A stretch of 57,080 bases of DNA, filler included, from Sphacelaria rigidula (lineage: Eukaryota): assembly GCA_964200075.2 (NCBI GenBank). It is 5 parts of 5 records of this genome, joined end to end, with 100 filler letters (N's around TTAATTAATTAA, not from the genome) between each part and the next. Parts side by side here need not be neighbours in the genome. Positions count along the whole stretch, not along the records: positions 45,748 to 57,080 come from CAXNAA020005049.1; 4 more parts are not named here. The stretch is one strand, 5' to 3'. The notes under the pieces are model-generated. The model searched no databases. It was not told the DNA's origin and saw nothing but the letters and a program-made list of their open reading frames with translations. The stretch's first letter is position 1. Each line of letters begins with the position of its first letter. The position numbers were made by a program, and so were the translations under genes. Below are positions 48,601 to 57,080 of the stretch, piece by piece.

Positions 48601-50177
48601 ACAAGAGAATTGGCACTGCGGAACATGACTAAATCTACTGGAAGGTACATGTATCCGAGTGAAATGCCTCCATACTTGAATATCAAAAAGGAATAACACT
48701 GGCCACTCCTGACACGAGAGGAAATACTATGTGTTATTTATGTTTATCTTCCACTCTCAGCGTGTATCACAGTTCAGTGATGTAAGGTACAGTTTGTAGT
48801 ACATCGCGCGTGAATGACAGTACCAATGTACTGTAGCAGATGACTCTCAGCCGGGCCGTCAGTTTGTTGGCCATGTATGACGTTTTGGAGTCGAACGGAT
48901 TGAACTTTTTCACAGCCATGAGTGGGTCACCTGTTGAATCGGCACACATGTTCACTCAGAAAATGATCCGAAGACCAACATGACCCACTCCGGCAGTCCA
49001 AGGGTCAAAACATGACAGAATGGAAACCAGAAAAAGACAGACATCGCAAGGAAGTAGCACCTTTACGGCGAACAGCTCATCCCAGCGAAGAACTGCTACA
49101 TGATAAAACACAGAACCACATATTAGACTCTCTATGACAACACAGCCAGGTCTATGCCCGTCCTCCACACCCCAACACGGCACGAAACCCGGTACCTGGT
49201 GTGACACCCCGTCCCTCACGTCCAATACTCCAATTCACACCAGCCAGCTTCTTGAACATCACACCAAAAGCTTTATGCGCCACTAAACTCCGAGATAAGC
49301 TTCCATCGCCACCACCATCCCCACAAGAGTCCTAGACGTCGCACACAGGCTACTTCTGTCGCTCTTCCAAATGTGATGAGTTTTTTTTGTGTCCAGCTTT
49401 GGGGTTGATCAAATTTGTTGAGGTTCACCGGTTATACGCGAGATAGCACCCCTCTACCGGAAGATTCACGTACGTCCAACATTACTGAAACCGTCGTATG
49501 CGGCGCAATCTGCGCCCAAAACGAATCGCCCTTCTGTACGAAGACGTCTCTATAAAATACCTTCACTATCTGCGCTGCGTTACTGAAACAAGGGACTGAT
49601 GTACGTCTCGACACCGTGCTTTTGAAGGCTGTTTCGAAGCCGTATCGAATAACCGAACGTTCGTGTTAAGAAACCGCCAGTTACATTTGAAGTGAAAAAG
49701 TGACAGTCAACTTGATTGTGAACCTGCCGCATCCCCTGGCTCAAACTCGATCCAGCTCGTCACCCGTCCCTCAATCTGCGGACCTGGGAGGGTCACTACA
49801 CTACAGCCGCCTACATCCCTCCCGTGCCTTTGAGTTGGGGCTGTTCCTGCTCGCCCTTCCCTATGCATCTCATCCATCGACTGCAACAGCTTCGTCGGTG
49901 ACGGTCAGCGACCCTGCAGAGACTCGGTGACGAAGATATAACCACACGCCGCAGGACCGTCCAGCAAAATAAAGGCAAGAGTCAGCTGTGACGAAGAAGC
50001 ATGCCGCCGATCATGGTTGAGGTCGATCCCGTGACTGTTGCCTATGATCTATACTGGAGCAAGAATCAGTAAATATTGATGTCTACAGAACAACGGTGTC
50101 AAACGCATGACAAGCAGGGAGATCAAACAGCCAGCAAAAACGAGCTGGGGGTCAAACGAGCCGCTTCTCGACAGATC

Positions 50178-50926
50178 AACACGGGATTTTCCAAATTGGG
50201 GGTGGGCTTTTCATTTAGGATAAACCTTGGGAAGCTTTGTCCGCATCGCAGTACTTTCGAAAAAGGAACGCAAATGCACTCTCTGGCCGTGATGTGCAGC
50301 CTCGTTCATCCCTCACGAGAGAAACACCCGCGATTTGAAATATCCCGTGTTTTTAGTGGATTTAGATAAATAAGAACAGTTTTTGTGCCGGAATGACCGG
50401 AGGACGCCATTGTTCGGTATAAAAAAACAGGATTTCACCAATTTCAGACTGTTTTTAGGATGAGAGAGACCACACATCACGGGAGGCGACCTGAGGATTT
50501 GTACGTAAACAATGGTTGGTACTATGGGGATGCTTCCAACCCTAACGCTAACCCTAACCCTCACCCCGACCAAGGCATACCGAGAACCCTCGGGCAAGGG
50601 GTGCAGAGTGTTCCCTGGGCAAAGTGTGCGTTGCCAGAGCTCAAATCGACGCCTTTCAGCCGATTTTGGACCAAAACACGTTCTGGACGAGCTGGGTCCA
50701 CTGCTCACCTGCCCCAGACCATGAATTTTCTCAGAATTTTGTTCAGTCTAAAATCAAGTAAAATCGAGTACCAACCATTGTTTGTGTACAAATCCTCAGC
50801 TCTACTGCATCACGGGCGGACAGTGCATTTGTATTTCTTGTCCGAAAATATTTCGATCCGTACGAAGCTTCCCAATACTCATCTTCAATAAAAAAAGTCC
50901 ACCCCCAATTTGTAAAACCCCGTGTT
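50178..50926. mobile_element. MITE/foldback element with an inner inverted repeat and a short telomere-like tract
   Basis: TIR aacacggg.tttt.caaattgggggtgg.ctttt, extending about 120 bp; inner IR 50491-50523/50767-50799; CCCTAA-like units at 50538-50567; TSD ambiguous. Confidence 0.8.
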
Positions 50927-51036
50927 AGATTGGGTATAAGGTCTACCTGGGAGGCATGACCGAGAAGAATGAGTGAGTAGCGGCGGTCAACGAGGGAGAG
51001 ACGACGGAGCTACCGACCGCGTGGTCACCAGAGAAG

Positions 51037-51163
51037 ATGTCCTCTCCCGATGCTGTGAAGCCAAGGGAAAGCCTTTTTTCCTCGTCGTCGGCGACCTCTT
51101 ATTCTGACCCTGCAGCAGGAGCCCACAAGCTGGCGGGCCAGCAGCAAAGTCAACGAAGCAACG
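51037..51163 (+). CDS. Possible exon of an unidentified gene or lncRNA
   Basis: ATG-initiated GC-rich frame MSSPDAVKPRES...QRSN ending at a strong G|gtgagt donor; no convincing downstream partner exon. Confidence 0.25.
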
Positions 51164-52321
51164 GTGAGTTTGACAGATTTCAGCCATCCGGCGGTCGGAC
51201 AAGCATGTTGTATCTCGTATGATGATGGCGCTACCACAGTACTAGTTTGAATGTAATTACCTATAGTAGGTGCACATGAAGGGCTAGACTACAGTAGGTG
51301 TACGTAATACATAAAGGGGGCTTGCTACTAAAGAGGCTCGCGAGAACCTCGTGAACAAATGTTCTGATACACAAAAGCAGATGCTTCGATCGGGTTGCGC
51401 GTCTTGTGTGGGCTGGCCGCCACAGCAATGTGGTGAGTGTATTTGATAGACAAAAATGACTCGGAGCGAGTGGGAATCGAATATATGACACAAAGCATAT
51501 GTGGAGACCGTCGCCCACAACCAAAGTTCATCCGTACGGACTCGGCTAGCCCGTAGCAGTAGGAGAAGTCGTGGTGTCCCAGGACCAGTTATTGTTAGCT
51601 AGGTGGCCTGAGAAGTGGCTATTCAACGGAAACCGGCCCAAGCCGGAGTGAGAAAGGGCGGGGGTGACACCCTCCTGCCTTAACAACCAAGACTTGCTTT
51701 TCACAATGTATGGTCATCGGCCAATTCCAACGGAAACGTTTAACCACGTGAAGATCCGGTGCAATCCTGATTTGTTTATTCATTTGTTTCGTTTCTTCTG
51801 TCCCGCATCGTGCAGAGCACGTTCCCGACGATACTGGGATCCCGTATTTTTGGCCCCCTAGACAACATCCGCGGGGATCATTTTATACGACCAGCAGCTG
51901 GCTAGCTACCTAGCTCTCGCGAGAGACTCACTCTCCCGAGAACTATCAGCCTGTGTGTGCTCCACAATGCCTTCACGAACCTAGACTCTACAACTAGAGC
52001 GCGAGCGCAGCGCTCACGATTGTCAGTCTTCCGCGGGAGCATTGTGTTATCGGCACTAGCGTTTGTGTCTCGCTTCTGTAGAGCTCGTGAGCGATAATGC
52101 CTCTTCATATGATGTCGTGCCGAGACAGTTGAACGGCAACCTGCCTCCACGGTCTTGCTCGTTCTGTTTCGTTTTGTTTTATATACGCTATCCTTGCCTG
52201 CGGCCATGCGGTGGGGGCCTGTCGGGGTTCGCGTTTTCCGGGATTGGAAGTAAATCTTAGACTGGCGGTTTCCACGACGAGTTTCCCTTTTTTCTGTTTA
52301 ACCCCCCCCTTCTTCCCTTCC

Positions 52322-52388
52322 GTGCTCCGTCTCGAAAGGGATGCGTGGTCAATGGTCAAACGACTAAGGCAAGCAACAAAAGAGTACG
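52322..52388 (+). mobile_element. 67-bp family A LINE 3' end with perfect 19-bp TSD
   Basis: cccccccttcttcccttcc at 52303-52321 and 52389-52407; no poly(A). Confidence 0.9.
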
Positions 52389-54487
52389 CCCCCCCTTCTT
52401 CCCTTCCATTCCCAATCCTCCCCTTCCCTCTCTCCTGTTTTTGCGTCGTCTTCAGTCTATCCTGCTCGTTGTTCCCTCATTATTTCGTACACCCCCGTCC
52501 TCCAGTGCGATTCACGGCGGACCGGCTAGTGTACGGCCTCCAGCTAATATCAAATCAAATCAGAAGTCACGGTTACGAGCACTTTGCTTACTTGTCAGCG
52601 ACGATCTTCTAGTAAATCATTTGTTTTGAGGACGTAGTAGCAACACCAAAACCAAGGGCACCAGCTCGAGTCGTTCCTGGAGCCCGTCAGCCCGCACACA
52701 AATATACTGCACAACCAAATCATTATCTATGCTAGTGAGGGCCCGGGCTAAGCCACCACGTCTCCTGTCCCAATCACCCGGCGGTGGCAGCGTATGCAGG
52801 AGGCGACGTGATGGCCACCTACCTTCGTAGTGGTAGCCAGTGACACTCTGCATGCGCGCAAGAATTCGGCGCATTGTCTTTATCTGTCTCCACGGTAATC
52901 AAGGGGCGGAACGGTACTCGGCATACATGACCCCCCGCACACCCCAATCATTCGGCCTGTGTGGCCAGCACATGACCCCGCAGCAATAGGCATTGTCACT
53001 ACCGACAAAGTGCTTGTTTTGGGGGCTCAGTATTCCCAACACACGTGGTTGATGAGCCCGCATGATGCGGGGCCCTCTGGCTGTGAAAGGTTGTGCGCAA
53101 GAAAACTATTGCTGTTGTGTACGTTTTGAAAAAATTATTCATTCTGCATTTGTAGAATATTTTCCCAACAGGTGGTGAGACTGTCCTACTGTGAGACTGA
53201 AGGGTTCTGTGACTCAAGGTATCTCCTTCGTCTTGTATATATGTTTGGTTGTTTGTTTTTAAGCAACAGCCTTACATGATATAGGGGAAATATCGACGGT
53301 AGGCTGGAGGGGGGGGCGAGGACGGCCATGGAGAAGCACGTTCATCCGAAAGCCGAGAAGCGTTCGACGGGCACTAATCCGCACTCCCTGGACGAGTCCC
53401 GTAGCTGCCTACCACCTGGCTGCGATGGAGGTACGCTTTCACCTGAAACTTGCAAAGTCTGGTGCATGTCAGAGTGGTTTCATCAGGCCTCAACAGTACC
53501 GTGTCAGTCTTGACTCCTGATGCACCAACCAAGCACCACGTATTTTGGATTTTAAACTACAGGACCAAACAGTCACATTTTACTTTGCCGTACTACGAAA
53601 TCCCTCCTTTTTTCGGGACAAGGTCGTACTCTGAAGGGATCGACCCATCTCTCCTCCGAGAGGTGCCTTTCACTTTTTCCGCCCGGCGTTGGCACCGTCA
53701 TGTTGAAAAAAAACAAAATGTGGTTTGCCCGCAATTTCCATCATTTTTTCTGGCCAACAAAACTTCAGGACAGTCTTTTGTCGATATTCGAATTCACTCT
53801 GTGCACGCAGAGTCAGTCGTTCAAAACCAACGGTTTAATCACTGAAATGACGACTCAAAATCGCTTCTCCCTTGGTTTCGCGTCCACTCTAATCCGTTAT
53901 CTCTTCCCCTCGGGACGGACGAGGCCGCGCTCTCAAAAGAGATTATAACCGACCTCTCCCGCTGTGGCGTTTTACACCCAACATTTGGATCTACTCTCTT
54001 ACAATAACCCATCGGCTTTCCATTGAATTTTGATATTTTGGTACTCGCACACTCCAGTATCCGACAATAGAAACGAGTTTATGTATGCAATGCTTTCGTT
54101 AAATGTCAACGGCACATTGTTCAACCATGGGCGCGGACCACAAGATCGCGAACTACTAGTAGTGTACAGGGGATACTTGAAAGAGGGGCCCGCATCAACG
54201 CCCGTCGGTAGCAAGCGCGATGTGTGGCTCATGAAGTGTTTTGTTTTGGGGGAGAGGAGTGGGGGGAGGGATACAGAAGTGATCAGGTCCCAGCCGGGGC
54301 TCACATGGACTAAAAGCCTTCAAAATAGAGTCTGCGCTTTTGATATACTTGATGTGTATCATGGGACACAACATATCGTTGCGGAGATGAGTAGCCCGAA
54401 CCGAGTTTTTTTGTTCAATTTTTACTCACGACGTACAGGCTGGTATACACGTTCGACCCAACATTCACTGATACGCAAATGTTGACG

Positions 54488-54740
54488 ATTCTTGGAGTTG
54501 GACTCTGTTAAATTTGCACACATACACTAGAATGAAAGTTCAAAACTTTCACTACTTCTATTTTTCCCCTCTTTTTTGGCAGTCATCGGAGTTCCTAGGG
54601 TTTAGGGAAATATGGGAGAATCTCATGCCGTTCTTGGACCATTGACAACCGGCTGAAAACCAAAATATACTCATCCCCGGAGAAATTCGGGATGACCTTT
54701 AGCACATGTATGCAATTTTTGAGAGTCTAACTCCAAGAAT
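54488..54740. repeat. Inverted repeat pair of about 40 bp (MITE-like remnant)
   Basis: attcttggagttggactc...ttgcacacat versus atgtatgcaa...gagtctaactccaagaat. Confidence 0.6.
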
Positions 54741-56791
54741 TTACGTGACCAGTTGGGCTTTTGTGCAACATTGTTTGCTTGCAATATGCAAACTCTTAAC
54801 TACTTCGTTTTAATATCGAGACGACTTTCCTGCCGAAATTGTCCTTAAACATCAGCTTTTGCAGGTACGCAACGGCCCTTGGTACAAATGCTCCTTGGAC
54901 AAGTTGCGGTTGGAGCTTTATTACGATAGGTATTAGGAAAAACGTCGGGAACCTCCCTGGGTCTTTGGCGGATATCATCAGAAGAAATCCGGCGACGCCA
55001 ATACCCCGCATGACCGAAAATACCACGGTTTTGGTTACACTTCGATCTTATGGAAGCCGGTTTCAAATATGTGTTTTCCCCTTAGGTTCCCGAGCTGATG
55101 GAGGTTACTACAATGTGAAGCACGTGGAGATAAGGCGGAACAATTGCAAAGCCGCTGTTCGGTCGAGTTACGTTCCTCTCTTTTATCGCCCTTCGCGCCA
55201 CTATTATGGTCTTGGACAAAAATGCGGCTAACATCGACCTCCTCACTTGTCCATAGCGGTCAGTATGATACCCCTTCTGACTCTCTAATTACCCCTTTCG
55301 ACTCTCTAGTTACGACTCAGCGAAAGGTCGGAGAGCTCGGTGTTTCGAAAGCGGGAAAACATAATACCCTGGACAACAGAATACACAATCAAAACGTGTA
55401 GTTCGTACAGTATCGACTTTTGCGCCTATTGCAACAGACAATAGATTCCATACTGAACGCAGTACTTTTTTTATATAAAAGAATTTGTTGTCCAGGGTGT
55501 GGAAAGCATGCATGATATAAATGAAATGTCAATAATTAGGACTATCCCGCGGACGGAACCATGCTCTCGGAAGCGGGGTAAGACATACCATGCATATCTC
55601 CTGCACAGGGTATAACTAGTTGGAACTGCATTTCATTTCGAGGAAGCGGAAGATCTACTGAGGTTCAGGCCGCTGTTACGTCCAACACTCGTACGCGCGA
55701 TGTTTTTTGTCGCTTGTGTTGCTGTTTCGTCCCCTGAATGTGGGCAAGACCTGTGCAGTGCTTCTCTCGCGCCTGTATTGTTCCGAATTGGCGAAACTCG
55801 GAGTTTGGGATTCTTCGAATATAGATATATATATATATTTTTCTCCACAAATCTCGAGTCGTCGAGGCCCGAGGGTCGGGGGATGTCTAATCGCACGCTC
55901 TGAGCGCTTCCTAATACCCGTATGCAACGCTCTGGGCGTGTTCCGAGGCGATATATAGGTTTATATCCTGTCAAATTGTCTGCCGTACGGGTAACTGTGT
56001 TGACGAGCTACCTCCACAGCAGCACTGCATGCTGCGGATAAGAAATAGGGGACTTACCGATCGTGTGTCCGCATCATGTAGTGCCAAACTTGGACACGCA
56101 TGTATTTAACCTGAGGAGTGATCTCATGACAAGGTGTGCATGTGTGTGTATGTGTATGTGTGTGTGGATGTTTCACTCGAGGCAAAAGAGTTCACGTTAT
56201 GATGTATGACGACGCATGTCATTGCGTGACTTTTCCCGCCAATTTGCGTCGAGTACAACGTCGGTAAAAGTTACCGATATGTCGAAAATATATCGGCATA
56301 ATCAACAGTACCTTAACCCATCCTTCCGTCACTGCCTTGGATAGCACCTGAGGAGAACCTTCCCAACTATTTGGTCGAAACATCCCCCCAAGCAACAAAT
56401 GAGTACGCTCTTCCCAGGGTTCGGATGACCCTGTGATGGGTGAACAGCTCCACCCCTTTTCAAGTTGGTTTCGCTACTAGCAGTCACCCAGATATCGGGA
56501 TCTTGTTGGACTACAAGCAAACACACTGCATGAACATTACTCGGAATCCCTTGGTTGAAATGTTCGGGCTCGGGCTCCTCGTCTCTGCATTGATGTAATT
56601 TACCTTCGTCACATCCATGTCAAGATAGCGGTTACTCCCTGTGCTGGAGGTCATTGGTACATGGGGTAAGCCCCCTTGCCTACAGGTTTGTAAGTCATCG
56701 CTGCGAGAAGTGTTAAACCTTAGCCTCGTTGAATATTAGGCGAAGAGAAAATCTTGGCACTCACTGATGAACCGTCTACACGAACGCATGG

Positions 56792-56865
56792 GGTGTAGAT
56801 GATCGCGTGCTCAGCCAATCCAGGAAGCGGTGTAGATAATCGCGTGCTCAGCCAATCCAGCAAGG
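56792..56865 (+). repeat. 37-bp tandem duplication
   Basis: ggtgtagat(g/a)atcgcgtgctcagccaatccag, two copies. Confidence 0.85.
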
Positions 56866-56944
56866 GTTGCTGCGTCTCCCACGCCCAGTATACTCAAACC
56901 AGGCGGAAGCCCAACGTCTAATAACACCTCCCCCCATCCCCCCT

Positions 56945-57022
56945 CGAGGTCAATGGTCTTATGACTATGGCATGCATCATCACGAGTACACGCCCCTCCC
57001 CCCCCCCCCTCCTCCCCCCCCC
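56945..57022 (+). mobile_element. Family B 3' end, short retrocopy between C-runs
   Basis: cgaggtcaatggtcttatgactatggcatgcatcatcacgagtac followed by a long C-rich tract; C-rich flank upstream. Confidence 0.75.
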
Positions 57023-57080
57023 ACAGGGTTCCCGGTGAAGTGTCCCCCGCACAATGCACGCCACAAAAGACAAAACCCCC

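Overview
Eukaryotic genomic DNA, most likely a brown alga (Phaeophyceae). This is inferred from the large TE-filled introns, GC-rich exons, tRNA-derived SINEs and the LINE C-terminus; I could not run a search to confirm it. The window is five unrelated contigs of about 11.3 kb (1-11340, 11441-22778, 22879-34213, 34314-45647, 45748-57080) joined by artificial N-TTAATTAATTAA-N spacers. Splice-phase-consistent partial genes can be built by hand: (1) a six-exon unknown protein, possibly CLU-central/TPR-like; (2) a low-complexity protein with three PAM2-like motifs followed by about 17 GW motifs, a candidate Argonaute-hook/GW182 analogue; (3) the 3' seven exons of a pyruvate dehydrogenase kinase family gene; (4) the 5' four exons of an unknown low-complexity protein. 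The rest is mostly mobile DNA: a decayed LINE carrying nested MITEs, several hAT- and Tc1/mariner-type MITEs, tRNA-derived SINEs, and many short retrocopies that end in GAGTAC followed by oligo(C) rather than poly(A). The two strongest leads are the PAM2+GW protein and this C-tailed, C-tract-targeting LINE with its partner repeat.
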